Shown: piece by piece, positions 46,510 through 56,803 of the stretch
Layout of the letters: every line of letters begins with the position of its first letter
Numbering within the stretch: position 1 is the first letter of the stretch
Source of the DNA: Myxococcales bacterium
Lineage (GTDB): Bacteria; Myxococcota; UBA727; JABDBI01
Length of the DNA stretch: 64,000 nucleotides
Assembly (NCBI GenBank): GCA_023248595.1
Contig: JAHFEG010000009.1
Location: 7,739-71,738 of the forward strand
Direction: 5' to 3'
Made by a program: the position numbers and the translations under genes
The notes under the pieces: generated by a model
What the model was told of the DNA's origin: nothing
Databases searched by the model: none
The model's input: the letters and a program-made list of their open reading frames with translations, nothing else

Positions 46510-48171
46510 ATGCACCCATCGCAATACAAGACTGCACCCGATCCTAATTTGAAAGGTTGGCCAAAAGGAGTTCGTTATATCATCGGTAACGAAGGCTGCG
46601 AACGATTTAGCTATTATGGCATGAACGCTATTTTGTATATGTACATTGTTTCGCTTTACGCCGGAATCGGCATAGTTGATGACAAATCTGCAGACATGGC
46701 AACCTCGACAGTTCATTTTTTTAAGACAGGTGTTTACGCTTTGCCTATGATTGGCGCAATTGTTGCTGATCGATTTTTAGGAAAATATCGAACAATTTTG
46801 TGGCTTTCTTTCGTTTATTGCGCTGGGCATTTCGTTTTATCTTTAACTGAGGGGTCTGTTAGTGGTTTATATGTTGGACTTTTTTTGATTGCTTTAGGTT
46901 CGGGAGGAATTAAGCCTTGTGTTTCTGCCCATGTCGGCGATCAATTTGGTAAATCAAATTGGCACTTGATGGATAAAGTTTACCAAGGATTTTATTTCAT
47001 TATTAATTTTGGGTCATTTTTCTCAACCTTATTTATTCCTTTAGTCCAAAAATGGTTTGGCTGGCGCATTGCTTTTGCCATCCCCGGCATACTGATGTTT
47101 GTTGCGACTTTCGTGTTTTGGTTAGGGCGAAAAGAATTCGTGCATGTTCCTGCGAAACCTGGCGGTTATGTTGGATTTTTAGATGCCACCAGTTCTGTTT
47201 TACTTTTTATGACATTTGGATCTTTATTTTTTACAGCAAACCAATCTCTTTGGCTGATGACGGTTGTTTCATTTTCTTGCATGGCGGCGGGGCTCTGGGT
47301 GTTTCAAGTACGGCAAAGCATTGTCGCTGATGATGGCTTTTTAGCAGTCTCTATTTTTACTTTGAAAGAATGGTGCAAACAGCTTGCGTTTAATCGAGGT
47401 GAAGTTGCGCTTGCTGTGGGCAGTGGCGGAAGAGGTCTTATTAAAAGTGGTCAGCCGGGTGGTTCATGGCGTATGAATTTAAGGCAGCAGTTTAGCAATG
47501 ATGCGATTGAGGGAACATTGGCTGTTTTGAAAATTATTAGTATTTTCTTCTTGGTTAGTATTTTCTGGTCGTTATTTGATCAAAGTACTTCTTCCTGGAT
47601 TCGGCAGGCAGAAATGATGAACCGACAAGTCACTTTACCATTTTTTGGTCAATTTGAAATTTTGTCGTCTCAAATACAGGCGTTAAACCCCGTCCTTGTG
47701 ATGATTCTGATTCCAATCATGCTGTATGGTTTGTACCCGTGGATGGAAAAAAGAGGAATGCGCTTAAGCGCTCTGATGCGTATGTCAATTGGGATGTTTA
47801 TCGCAAGTCTTTCATTTGCGATGATTGCTTGGATCCAATATGAAATTGATGTTTTAGCGCTTCAAAATCAGCAACTGCATGTGGGATGGCAATTTTTCCC
47901 TTATGTCATTATTACCTTAGCGGAAGTTTTAGTTTCGATCACGGGCCTTGAATTTGCTTACACACAAGCACCTAAACGCATGAAATCGACAGTGATGGGT
48001 TTCTGGCTTTTAAGTGTAGCGCTCGGCAACATTTTAGTGGCTTTGACGGCACGGTTTGCAGATTTAAAGTTGGTTAATTTCTTTTGGGTTTTTGCTGGGC
48101 TCATGGGTCTGGCAGCATTGCTTTTTTACGTGCGTTCTTTGTTCTATGTTCAGCGCGATTATTACCAATAA
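46510..48171 (+). CDS. POT/PTR family proton-dependent oligopeptide transporter
   Basis: EGCERFSYYG, GSGGIKPCVSAHVGDQF, FYFIINFG, YTQAPKRMKS. Confidence 0.94.
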   Translation: MHPSQYKTAPDPNLKGWPKGVRYIIGNEGCERFSYYGMNAILYMYIVSLYAGIGIVDDKSADMATSTVHFFKTGVYALPMIGAIVADRFLGKYRTILWLSFVYCAGHFVLSLTEGSVSGLYVGLFLIALGSGGIKPCVSAHVGDQFGKSNWHLMDKVYQGFYFIINFGSFFSTLFIPLVQKWFGWRIAFAIPGILMFVATFVFWLGRKEFVHVPAKPGGYVGFLDATSSVLLFMTFGSLFFTANQSLWLMTVVSFSCMAAGLWVFQVRQSIVADDGFLAVSIFTLKEWCKQLAFNRGEVALAVGSGGRGLIKSGQPGGSWRMNLRQQFSNDAIEGTLAVLKIISIFFLVSIFWSLFDQSTSSWIRQAEMMNRQVTLPFFGQFEILSSQIQALNPVLVMILIPIMLYGLYPWMEKRGMRLSALMRMSIGMFIASLSFAMIAWIQYEIDVLALQNQQLHVGWQFFPYVIITLAEVLVSITGLEFAYTQAPKRMKSTVMGFWLLSVALGNILVALTARFADLKLVNFFWVFAGLMGLAALLFYVRSLFYVQRDYYQ

Positions 48172-48278
48172 GGTTAACTTTATGGATTTTCTGTGTAGAT
48201 TTAGTGTGGGATTTTTTTAGTTTTGTGCTAGGCATCAGTTCTGTTTATTTGCGTGATTGATGTTGAGGAGTAGCCATT

Positions 48279-49046
48279 ATGGCCATTTTACAAAGATTTT
48301 GGACAGTGCTTAAGTCAAACTTAAACCACTTGATTGGTAGAGCGGAAGACCCCGAAAGAATGTTGAATCAAATGTTGCTTGACATGCAAGAGCAGCTGAT
48401 CTCTGCTAAAAAGCAAGTGGCCATGTCCATTGCTGACGAAAAAAGATTGCTGCAGCAGTACGAGCAAGAAAAGCAGCTTTCTATAGAGTGGGAAAAACGC
48501 GCCATGCTCGCCGTGAAAGCTGGCAATGACGACCTGGCTACACAGGCATTGGCTCGTCAGGCAGATCACGCGAAACAGGCGCAAGGTTTTGAGCAAAATT
48601 GGCACGTGCAAAAAAATGCTGTAGAGCAATTGAAAACAGCGTTGCAAAAACTAAGTGAAAAAATTAACGAGGCGAAACGCAAGAAAAATTTGCTGATTGC
48701 CAGGGCCAAACGGGCACAAGCACAACAACAAATTACCGAAACCATGAACGGACTTTCAGGTGCGGGCTCCTTTGAGACCATTGAGCGTATGGAAGAAAAA
48801 ATTGATCGCATGGAAGCTGAAGCTCAAGCCACAACAGAGTTGGCTAATGAAATTGTTTCCGATGATCTCATGAACCAGTTTGAAAAATTAGAAGTTTCGG
48901 AAACAAGCGATGCGCTTGCTGCGTTGAAACAGAAGATGGGTGTTATCGCTCCAGCTAGCTCAATGGAACCAAGCGAAACTGTCAAGAAAAACACGCTGGC
49001 GGAAATTGAAAAACAAATAGAAGCAGAGATTGCCGCCAAACGATAG
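48279..49046 (+). CDS. pspA: PspA/IM30 family protein
   Basis: AEDPERMLNQ, GNDDLA..AL, FETIERMEEKI coiled coil. Confidence 0.9.
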   Translation: MAILQRFWTVLKSNLNHLIGRAEDPERMLNQMLLDMQEQLISAKKQVAMSIADEKRLLQQYEQEKQLSIEWEKRAMLAVKAGNDDLATQALARQADHAKQAQGFEQNWHVQKNAVEQLKTALQKLSEKINEAKRKKNLLIARAKRAQAQQQITETMNGLSGAGSFETIERMEEKIDRMEAEAQATTELANEIVSDDLMNQFEKLEVSETSDALAALKQKMGVIAPASSMEPSETVKKNTLAEIEKQIEAEIAAKR

Positions 49047-49064
49047 GCAAATGGGAGGCCAAAG

Positions 49065-49811
49065 ATGAAAATTCTGGTTACCGTGAAGCGCGTTACTGAT
49101 TATGAGGCAAGATTAAAAATAAAGCCAAGCGGTGAAGGCATCGAAACCGACGGCGTTAATATGATTGCCAATCCATTTGACGAGATCGCTGTTGAAGAAG
49201 CCTTGCGTTTAGTCGAAAAACATGGCGGCGAAGTTTGTGTGGTTTCTGTTGGGGCCACTGAAGCAGCGACTCAGATAAGAAGCGCCTTGGCTATGGGCGC
49301 TGATCGCGGCGTGTTGGTGTTGCATGATCAACCATTAGATTGCAGTGGTATTTCGCTTCTTCTAGAACAAGTCGCGTTGCAAGAAAAACCAGATATCATT
49401 TTAATGGGAAAACAAGCTGTTGATGATGACAGTCATCAAGTCGCTGAAATGTTGGCAGAGCGTCTTGGCTTTGGTCAGGCAACTCAGGCAAATAAAATTA
49501 GCATTGAAGGCAATCTTGCCACAGTGGCCCGTGAGGCAGATGGCGGTATTGAAACTTTGGGTGTGCAGCTTCCTTGCGTAATTACCACAGATTTGCGGCT
49601 AAATACGCCTCGTTATGCTTCTTTGCCAGGAATTATGAAAGCAAAGAAGAAACCAATCGACGAGAAAAAGGCTGCTGACTTTGGCCTTGATCTTACCCCC
49701 AAAGTGCGGATGACACATTTTGAATTTCCCCCTAAAAAACAGGCAGGTCAAATCGTTCCCGATGTGACCACGCTGCTCGCTAAATTGCGCACAGAAGCCA
49801 AAGTGCTTTAG
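49065..49811 (+). CDS. etfB: Electron transfer flavoprotein beta subunit
   Basis: NPFDEIAVEEA, GKQAVDDD, DLRLNTPRY. Confidence 0.97.
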   Translation: MKILVTVKRVTDYEARLKIKPSGEGIETDGVNMIANPFDEIAVEEALRLVEKHGGEVCVVSVGATEAATQIRSALAMGADRGVLVLHDQPLDCSGISLLLEQVALQEKPDIILMGKQAVDDDSHQVAEMLAERLGFGQATQANKISIEGNLATVAREADGGIETLGVQLPCVITTDLRLNTPRYASLPGIMKAKKKPIDEKKAADFGLDLTPKVRMTHFEFPPKKQAGQIVPDVTTLLAKLRTEAKVL

Positions 49812-49894
49812 GAATTTAATCCCCCTTAGAAAATACCCTAAAGGGCGCGAGGGGGTAGGGGGATTTAAAGTCCCTCAACAGGAGAGAAAAAAAG

Positions 49895-50845
49895 ATGGCA
49901 ATCCACTTAGTTGTCGCTGAACACGATGGTCTTCACCTCAAAAATGCGACGTTATCGGCTTTGACTGCAGCAAAAAAAAATCCTGGCGCTATGCACGGAT
50001 TGGTTTTAGGAAAAAATGTAAAAGCAATCGCAGAGACCTTTGCAAGCTACGTTGGCAAGGTGCATTTGGCAGAACACGAGGCGCTGGAACATCGCTTAGC
50101 TCAAGGCTATGCCAAAGTGATTGCCGATGTGGCTAAGTCAATTGGCGCGACCCATATTTGGGCAGCAGCAACGGTGGCTGGAAAAGACATAATGCCTCGT
50201 GTCGCAATTCGCCTTCAAGCAGGAATGGCTTCTGAAATTCAAGAAGTGATCACAGAAAATTCATTTAAAAGACCCGTGTGGGCTGGTGATATTACGGGAA
50301 CGGTTGAAATCAATTCGCCAATCAAAGTGATCACTGTACGTGCGACAGAATTTGATCCTGCTGAAAGTTTAGGTTTAGGAGAAGTGGCGGCGATTTCAGT
50401 CGAGCCGGGCACCACAACCATGCAGTATCTTTCGTTTGATGCCGTTAAGTCTGAACGGCCAGAATTAGGGGATGCCAGGGTTGTCGTTTCAGGTGGAAGA
50501 GGTCTTAAGGGACCTGAAGGATTTAAGCAGTTGATGGAGCCTTTGGCTGATGCATTGGATGCTGCCATTGGAGCAAGTCGCGCAGTTTGTGACGCGGGCT
50601 GGGTTCCCAATGATTGGCAGGTTGGGCAAACAGGTAAGGTGGTGGCGCCAGATCTTTATATTGCCGTTGGTATTTCAGGTGCGATTCAGCATGTGGCAGG
50701 CATGAAAGGCTCGAAAGTCGTCGTTGCGATCAACAAAGATCCAGAAGCACCTATTTTCCAAGTGTGCGATTATGGTCTGGTCGCGGATGCATTTACTGCG
50801 GTCCCAGAACTAATTAAGGGATTGAAAGAGGGAAAGAGTCGGTAG
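49895..50845 (+). CDS. etfA: Electron transfer flavoprotein alpha subunit
   Basis: VSGGRG, GASRA, QVGQTGK, GISGAIQH, INKD. Confidence 0.97.
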   Translation: MAIHLVVAEHDGLHLKNATLSALTAAKKNPGAMHGLVLGKNVKAIAETFASYVGKVHLAEHEALEHRLAQGYAKVIADVAKSIGATHIWAAATVAGKDIMPRVAIRLQAGMASEIQEVITENSFKRPVWAGDITGTVEINSPIKVITVRATEFDPAESLGLGEVAAISVEPGTTTMQYLSFDAVKSERPELGDARVVVSGGRGLKGPEGFKQLMEPLADALDAAIGASRAVCDAGWVPNDWQVGQTGKVVAPDLYIAVGISGAIQHVAGMKGSKVVVAINKDPEAPIFQVCDYGLVADAFTAVPELIKGLKEGKSR

Positions 50846-50918
50846 AGTCAAATTTATGAACCGGAGCAACTTGACTTTATGGTTTCGCTCTGGTTTGTAA
50901 GAAGCGAAGTTTAAGTAT

Positions 50919-50994
<76 letters not shown>

Positions 50995-51000
50995 AATGAG

Positions 51001-51032
51001 AAAGATCAGACATTATATCTGATCTTTTTTTT
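51001..51032 (+). terminator. Intrinsic terminator after tRNA-Asn
   Basis: AAAGATCAGA-cattata-TCTGATCTTT followed by T-tract. Confidence 0.8.
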
Positions 51033-51115
51033 GCTTAATTTTTTGCTGTTAGGTATTTTAATGTAGTTAGACGCGTGTACCGTGAGTTTCTTTAAAATCA
51101 TATGTGGAACACTGA

Positions 51116-52993
51116 TTGAAATTAGCAAACATAAGATGTGGATTAACTAAAGCGTTAGTATTGCTTGCCGTGCTCCCGCTATTTTCGTTTACCTGCGAAG
51201 AGTCTCCTACCCCAGAGGAAATTTCTAAAGCAAGAAAAATTGATATTTTTTACAAAACTTATAAAAATGACGACGCATTTTTGAGGTTGTCCTTGGCAAC
51301 ATTGGATCGGTTTGCCGTAGGGTTTCGAAAAGTGGTTATTGTAACTGATTCTGATCATGATCTGAAAGCGAGTGATTTCAACCTCAAGAACATCAAAATT
51401 GAGATTTTTAAAGAAGTTATTCCCTCGGGCTGGGGATCTTTGGAAAGATATAACCATCAGCAATACGTGAAGATGAATTTCAAAAAGTGGACTGATGCAA
51501 ATGCAATTTTGAGTTTGGACTCGAATGTTATTTTATATAATACAATAACACCGGATATCTACTACTCGAATAAAAGCAAACCAATTTGGTTGTTTGAGAG
51601 TTATGAAGAAGTATTTAAGGGCATAGACCAGGGAATGGTAGATGCACTTGGTATGCGGAGATCTGCTGTTGGTTATTTTTTGCAAAGAAAACCTGAAGAA
51701 GTTCAATCTGAATTTATGCGGTTTCCGGGGTTCCTCATCACGCGAAAGCTAGCAGATAAGGTTGAAGGTCACATCAAGAAGACATTCAATAAATCCGTTT
51801 ATGAATTCATGACAGAACCCTCAATTATTGATTCCCATAAGCATACGGAATTTAATTATCTAGGCGCATTCGCGTACTATCTAGATCCTGAGAAAGAATA
51901 TGATTTTATTGACATTAAAAAATCTATCATTAGTTACTCTAAAACTAATTCTCAGATACCTGAGGCTATCCAAAGAAAATTCCCCATAGATGGCCGACCC
52001 TATCCACTGATTCAATACCATTCATATACTAAAGATCCGAGGGAGCTTACGGAAAGCTTCGAGCCTTTGTTCGCAGAATATCAATTATGGGATTACCTAC
52101 ATGTACCAAAAGATAAATATTTAGTGCTTTCTTTTGGTGCTAGAACGGGTATGGCTAATCGAATAAAATCCACTGTCTCGGCTCTTGTCTCGGCTGAGCT
52201 TACTGGCAGGAAGGTTTGTTTGGCCTGGCCAATTAATGACGATATGGTTGCGGGTTTTGATGACCTTTTTATTAATGATATACCGTTACTCTATAATTTT
52301 GCTCCTCTTACCAAGAAAAGACTAATTTTTAGATTTCCCTATGAGCAAACCAACCAATATGAACCTCGAATTGCTTCTAGTACATCAGATGTTGTTTTGA
52401 TGGATTCATATAAAACATTTAGGGATAGGGATATTAAATTTAAGGATTTCTTTGCTTTGTATCTAAAACATCTGAAATCTCTGAAACCAGTTAAAGATAT
52501 TTCTGAAGATGTTAATAGATTTGCAGCAAGAAATTTTAATGGGAAAGATGTTGTTGGGATTCACTTTCGATCTTGGTCAGCGGGTGTGGGTGATGAGAGT
52601 TGGAATCTGAAGTCAGAGAATATTTCTGAATTTTTCAAGGAAATGGATAAAGAATTAAAACAAAATCCAGAAGTTTTCTTTTTTGTTACCGCTGACGACA
52701 AAAAATTAAAAGATAAATTTGTCGAACAGTATGGGGATAAAATAATTTTATCTGGAATTCCGGTGATCGCTCGCAATACGGTTGAAAGTCAAAAATATGG
52801 TCTCTTTGAATGGTTATTGCTTGGTAAAACAAGATTTATTATAGGCACTACCTTGAGTACATTTTCAGATGAGGCTGCACTGTTAACAATTGAGCAGAGA
52901 AAAATTAACATTGGGACAAGCCAATTTTCTTCAGACCATAATCCGGTGATATGTTTTGATAAAACAGGTCAAGTTAAAGAGTGTATAAACTAA
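51116..52993 (+). CDS. Two-domain exported glycosyltransferase: GT-A-like (DUF6492-like) plus fucosyltransferase-like GT-B domain
   Basis: Signal ending FSFTC; QQYVKM..LDSN; GMANRI, VVGIHFRS..D, FFVTADD, FIIGT.LSTFS; TTG start uncertain. Confidence 0.7.
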   Translation: MKLANIRCGLTKALVLLAVLPLFSFTCEESPTPEEISKARKIDIFYKTYKNDDAFLRLSLATLDRFAVGFRKVVIVTDSDHDLKASDFNLKNIKIEIFKEVIPSGWGSLERYNHQQYVKMNFKKWTDANAILSLDSNVILYNTITPDIYYSNKSKPIWLFESYEEVFKGIDQGMVDALGMRRSAVGYFLQRKPEEVQSEFMRFPGFLITRKLADKVEGHIKKTFNKSVYEFMTEPSIIDSHKHTEFNYLGAFAYYLDPEKEYDFIDIKKSIISYSKTNSQIPEAIQRKFPIDGRPYPLIQYHSYTKDPRELTESFEPLFAEYQLWDYLHVPKDKYLVLSFGARTGMANRIKSTVSALVSAELTGRKVCLAWPINDDMVAGFDDLFINDIPLLYNFAPLTKKRLIFRFPYEQTNQYEPRIASSTSDVVLMDSYKTFRDRDIKFKDFFALYLKHLKSLKPVKDISEDVNRFAARNFNGKDVVGIHFRSWSAGVGDESWNLKSENISEFFKEMDKELKQNPEVFFFVTADDKKLKDKFVEQYGDKIILSGIPVIARNTVESQKYGLFEWLLLGKTRFIIGTTLSTFSDEAALLTIEQRKINIGTSQFSSDHNPVICFDKTGQVKECIN

Positions 52994-53030
52994 GATAGTA
53001 ATGTATTATGCGGGCAATGGGGGTATAGTG

Positions 53031-53960
53031 ATGAAATTGGGACTTGTTATGCTTTTAACCTTGGTCGCTTGCTACCCGACAAAGGAGCGAGAACCGCAGG
53101 TTATAATTATTCATAAAGACGCCTACCCTTCTGTCCAGAAAATAGCGATTATTGTGGAGCCGAGAGACCATCCTCTTTTGGTTCCGATTGTTCAGAGCGT
53201 GATGCGGGTACTGGGAGATGATTGGAAAATCCAGATATTTCACAGTGTGACAAATGAAAAATATATTCAAGATTCTGCTTTGAGAGCTGATATCGAAAGC
53301 GGAAAAGTATACCTAAGTAAAATGCTGGTTGAAAATAATATCAGTATTGGGATTTATAATTCAATGATGATAAGTTCCTATTTTTGGGAACAAGTTTTGG
53401 GCGAAGAGGTTATATTATTCGAGACGGATTCTGTGATGTGTCGTTCTTCCGGTATCAAGTTGTCGGAATTTAGTGAAAATTATGACTACGTAGGAGCTCC
53501 ATGGGGCACCTTCAAAAATGCTTGTTATGTCTCTCGAGATGATAGATATAACAAGTGGCGAGTTGATATGTCAGAACCAACTCAGAAATATAGTTCCAAG
53601 CCCATTGAATTTTTTGAGGCTCAAGTTGGAAACTCAGGATTCTCGTATAGAAACAGGAAAAAAACTCTCGAAATTTTGACCAATTACGTTCCGGTAAATG
53701 ATTATTATTATAATTTTTCAAGTGACCTCTTTTATGCTTGCGCATTCCAGCATTCGGCATCAGGCTCTAGGGTCCCTTCTGTTGAACAGGCTTCTCACTT
53801 TTCGGTGGAAACTATCATGCAGGATGCACCAATTGGAGTGCATAAGCCATGGCTTTATTTAAAGACCGATGAGATGGAAAAACTGGAGGTGGCTTGCCCA
53901 GAAATACTGATTTTGAAGCCATACTATTTAGAGAAAGGGCATCCTTGGGGGACAAAGTGA
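53031..53960 (+). CDS. DUF5672-family (GT-like) lipoprotein
   Basis: Lipobox LVAC; IVEPR, LFETDS, YDYVGAPW, VGNSGFSYR, FSVET..PIGVHKPW. Confidence 0.8.
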   Translation: MKLGLVMLLTLVACYPTKEREPQVIIIHKDAYPSVQKIAIIVEPRDHPLLVPIVQSVMRVLGDDWKIQIFHSVTNEKYIQDSALRADIESGKVYLSKMLVENNISIGIYNSMMISSYFWEQVLGEEVILFETDSVMCRSSGIKLSEFSENYDYVGAPWGTFKNACYVSRDDRYNKWRVDMSEPTQKYSSKPIEFFEAQVGNSGFSYRNRKKTLEILTNYVPVNDYYYNFSSDLFYACAFQHSASGSRVPSVEQASHFSVETIMQDAPIGVHKPWLYLKTDEMEKLEVACPEILILKPYYLEKGHPWGTK

Positions 53961-53963
53961 AAA

Positions 53964-54860
53964 ATGTTTTTGTTTAAAAACATAAATTTATTTAATTCTT
54001 TTAGAGAATTTAATCGTCAAAAGAGAATTTTACTTTCCCTTCCTTTTTTTATTGTTGCGCTCATTTCCTCATCCTGTGAACCGCCTAAGCCCAAGTGCGT
54101 AATTCTATTACAGCGGAGTAACGAGGGCATGTTTGCCTCTCTCGGGGATGTTGTATCGCTAATGAATGATTACGAAAATAAAAATGTTGCATGCGCAATC
54201 GTTGATTTCGGAAATACAGGCCTTTATTATGATAAAAACAAGGGACCTAATTGGTGGCAATATTACTTTGAGCCACTAGAAATAGGCGACATCGATAAAG
54301 ATAGAACTTTTGAGTTTAGGGATAACGGGCGTTACTATGAGGAAAACTTTTCTAGAGAACAATTCTATGCGCTTATAAAAAAATATGTTCATATTAAGCC
54401 CGAGTTGCAAAGCAAAATCGAACAATTTTTTCAAGAAAACCTTGCTGGGTCATATGTGATTGGAGTGCACTATAGAGGGACTGATAAAGTTAATGAGGCT
54501 TCGCGAATAAAATACGAGACTGTCAAGAAAGCAATTGACGAGCAGATACATGGTTTAAAAAATAAGTATGGAAGCAACTATAAAGTATTTGTCGCGACAG
54601 ATGAAGGCGGATTTTTAGCATACATGGAAAACGTCTTTGGCGATAAAATTTATGCACAAACAATAGATCGATCGACAGACGGCAAGCCTATTCATTCTAA
54701 TCCAAAAGGTACTCCTTATGAAAGCGGTGAGGGCGCATTGCTTGATTGTATTCTTCTATCCAAGGCGAGCATTCTTATTCGAACGAGTTCTAATTTGAGT
54801 AGATGGTCTACTTACTTTAATCCGGATATTCCTGTAATAGAACTCGGTGGTAGGTGGTAA
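53964..54860 (+). CDS. NodZ-like alpha-1,6-fucosyltransferase family lipoprotein
   Basis: Signal ending ISSSC; NWWQYYFEP, IGVHYRGTDK, FVATDE, LLSKASILIRTSSNLS. Confidence 0.82.
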   Translation: MFLFKNINLFNSFREFNRQKRILLSLPFFIVALISSSCEPPKPKCVILLQRSNEGMFASLGDVVSLMNDYENKNVACAIVDFGNTGLYYDKNKGPNWWQYYFEPLEIGDIDKDRTFEFRDNGRYYEENFSREQFYALIKKYVHIKPELQSKIEQFFQENLAGSYVIGVHYRGTDKVNEASRIKYETVKKAIDEQIHGLKNKYGSNYKVFVATDEGGFLAYMENVFGDKIYAQTIDRSTDGKPIHSNPKGTPYESGEGALLDCILLSKASILIRTSSNLSRWSTYFNPDIPVIELGGRW

Positions 54861-54929
54861 CAGGTTGATAACGAGTAAAACTCAGTGTCTTTTGTGTTAC
54901 AGCAGTCCACGGGAAAGGAAAATTAAGAC

Positions 54930-55868
54930 ATGAAGCATAGAACAAATATAACGCTACTCTCTTTTACCTGGGATAGATTGATAAAGAGTGCTGCGGTTTT
55001 AATGTTATTGATCTGTTTGGGTGGTAGCGGTTGCAATGGTCCCCAAGCGCCAGTTGTTGCTGAAAAATTATTTGTCGTTAGTTTAAAATCAGCATCTGAG
55101 CGGAGAAATTATATGGAAAGGCAAATAGAAAAATTTGGTTTTCCTGATGATAAAGTTGTTTTTATTGATGCGGTGGACGGAAGAAAAGAATTTGCTCCGC
55201 AATGCAATCCTCCTGGTTCTGCGTGCTGGGGCCCACCTGATCCCAGTAAGGCATACACAAGATTGAATCTGTCCAAATATTCAGGAGTGCCAACAGAGGC
55301 ATATGAAACGACATTCAATGGCTGGAAGTGGAAAGGGACTATCTTGAGTGAGCTTGTCAATTCAGGAGCTATGGCAAAAGATAGCACCATTGGGCCTACT
55401 GAGTACGCGCTAATAGAATCAAATAAGAAAGCTTGGAAAGAAATTGTCGATAATAATATTAGCTGGGCCGTCGTTGTCGAAGATGACGCTGAATTTAAAA
55501 TAGGGACATGGCCAGAGCTATTCAATTTGGGGGATTTTAACGAAGACGCGGAATATGTTCAACTGTTTATAAATGGCAGCTCTTGTGGGTGGGCCTGGAA
55601 TGGCTCTCCTGTGAGATTTGGCGGCGGAACTGTTGGATATGCAATATCTAAGAAGGGCGCTGAAAAGGCATTGCGTGCCTTTAGCCCTGCATATTACCCC
55701 GTGGATCATCAGCTATTTGAACACTTTGCTTACTACTTCTCTGGTTACTATAATAGTGCCTATGTGAACAGTTACCTAAAAGAATTTTCATTAATTAATG
55801 CCTACTGTAAGTCGCCAGAAATAATTTCAGAATCTAATTATGGGAAAAAAAGCACCATCGATAATTAA
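54930..55868 (+). CDS. GT25-family glycosyltransferase with lipoprotein signal
   Basis: Signal ending GGSGC; VVSLKSASERR, IDAVDG, VVEDDA, GYAISKKGAEK, PVD. Confidence 0.8.
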   Translation: MKHRTNITLLSFTWDRLIKSAAVLMLLICLGGSGCNGPQAPVVAEKLFVVSLKSASERRNYMERQIEKFGFPDDKVVFIDAVDGRKEFAPQCNPPGSACWGPPDPSKAYTRLNLSKYSGVPTEAYETTFNGWKWKGTILSELVNSGAMAKDSTIGPTEYALIESNKKAWKEIVDNNISWAVVVEDDAEFKIGTWPELFNLGDFNEDAEYVQLFINGSSCGWAWNGSPVRFGGGTVGYAISKKGAEKALRAFSPAYYPVDHQLFEHFAYYFSGYYNSAYVNSYLKEFSLINAYCKSPEIISESNYGKKSTIDN

Positions 55869-55879
55869 AGAGGCCAATT

Positions 55880-56686
55880 ATGCGAAAATTTTTAAATAGT
55901 GTACTTTTAGCTCTTTTTTTATTTGTTCTACTTGGTTCTCACTGTAGCGGCAATGACTGTGGCCCAACATTTCCAAGTCTTGCAAAAGATGAAGTATGCG
56001 AGAATTGTGAGCTAAAAATTCCTAAAATTATTCATCAAATATGGCATTCTTGGAAACACGGAGGCGATGAAATATCTCCTTTCTATCAACAATTTGTAGA
56101 TAGGCTTAAAAAAAATGAAACAGGCTGGAAGTATGAATTTTGGGATGCAAGCAGAAGCCGCGACTTTATCCAGAACCATTATCCTGACTTTCTCAAGACA
56201 TATGATGGTTATGACAAACCTGTAAAGCGTCACGATGCTTTACGTTATTTTATTATGGATCATTATGGTGGTGTTTATCTCGACATGGGTTTTTTAAGTA
56301 TAAAGGACATAGAACCTTTATTGAGAGGAAAAGATCTTGTGTTTTCCGAGCAAACATCAATTTGTCACTCAGTTGCAAATGGGTTTTTAGCATCCATACC
56401 GAAGCATCCCTTTTGGCAGTTTTTAACCAGCAAATTAGAGATACGAAAAAACGATTCTATCATCTATGCAACAGGACCTGTTTTTCTGACAGAAATGATT
56501 CATGAATATGTTAAGTCTAATGAAGGTGCAAGCATATTGCCCTCTAAGTATATGTTTCCATTTGGTTGGTATGAAAAACAAAACGAAACCGCCAAGAAAT
56601 GCATAGAGAATTATGATGCGTGTAAAAAAATATACCCAGATGCGTACCTTGTTAACTTTTGGAGAGGTTCTTGGTTGGATCAATAA
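55880..56686 (+). CDS. GT32 (Och1/Sur1-like) glycosyltransferase with lipoprotein signal
   Basis: Signal ending LGSHC; KIPKIIHQIW, DALRYFIM..YGGVYLD, NGF..S.PKHPFW, ATGP.FLT, W.GSW. Confidence 0.85.
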   Translation: MRKFLNSVLLALFLFVLLGSHCSGNDCGPTFPSLAKDEVCENCELKIPKIIHQIWHSWKHGGDEISPFYQQFVDRLKKNETGWKYEFWDASRSRDFIQNHYPDFLKTYDGYDKPVKRHDALRYFIMDHYGGVYLDMGFLSIKDIEPLLRGKDLVFSEQTSICHSVANGFLASIPKHPFWQFLTSKLEIRKNDSIIYATGPVFLTEMIHEYVKSNEGASILPSKYMFPFGWYEKQNETAKKCIENYDACKKIYPDAYLVNFWRGSWLDQ

Positions 56687-56706
56687 GTTTTTTGCCCCAG
56701 CAAAGC

Positions 56707-56744
56707 CCGAATTTTTACCGCTTGCCAACTTGGAAGCTTTAGGC
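56707..56744 (+). repeat. 38-bp direct repeat, copy 1
   Basis: ccgaatttttaccgcttgccaacttggaagctttaggc; 37/38 identical to 57343-57380. Confidence 0.9.
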
Positions 56745-56803
56745 GTTGTATTTTCATGTCTACTTGCATCTGAGGTGAAACTCCTCATAATCGGCGATTC
56801 AGC

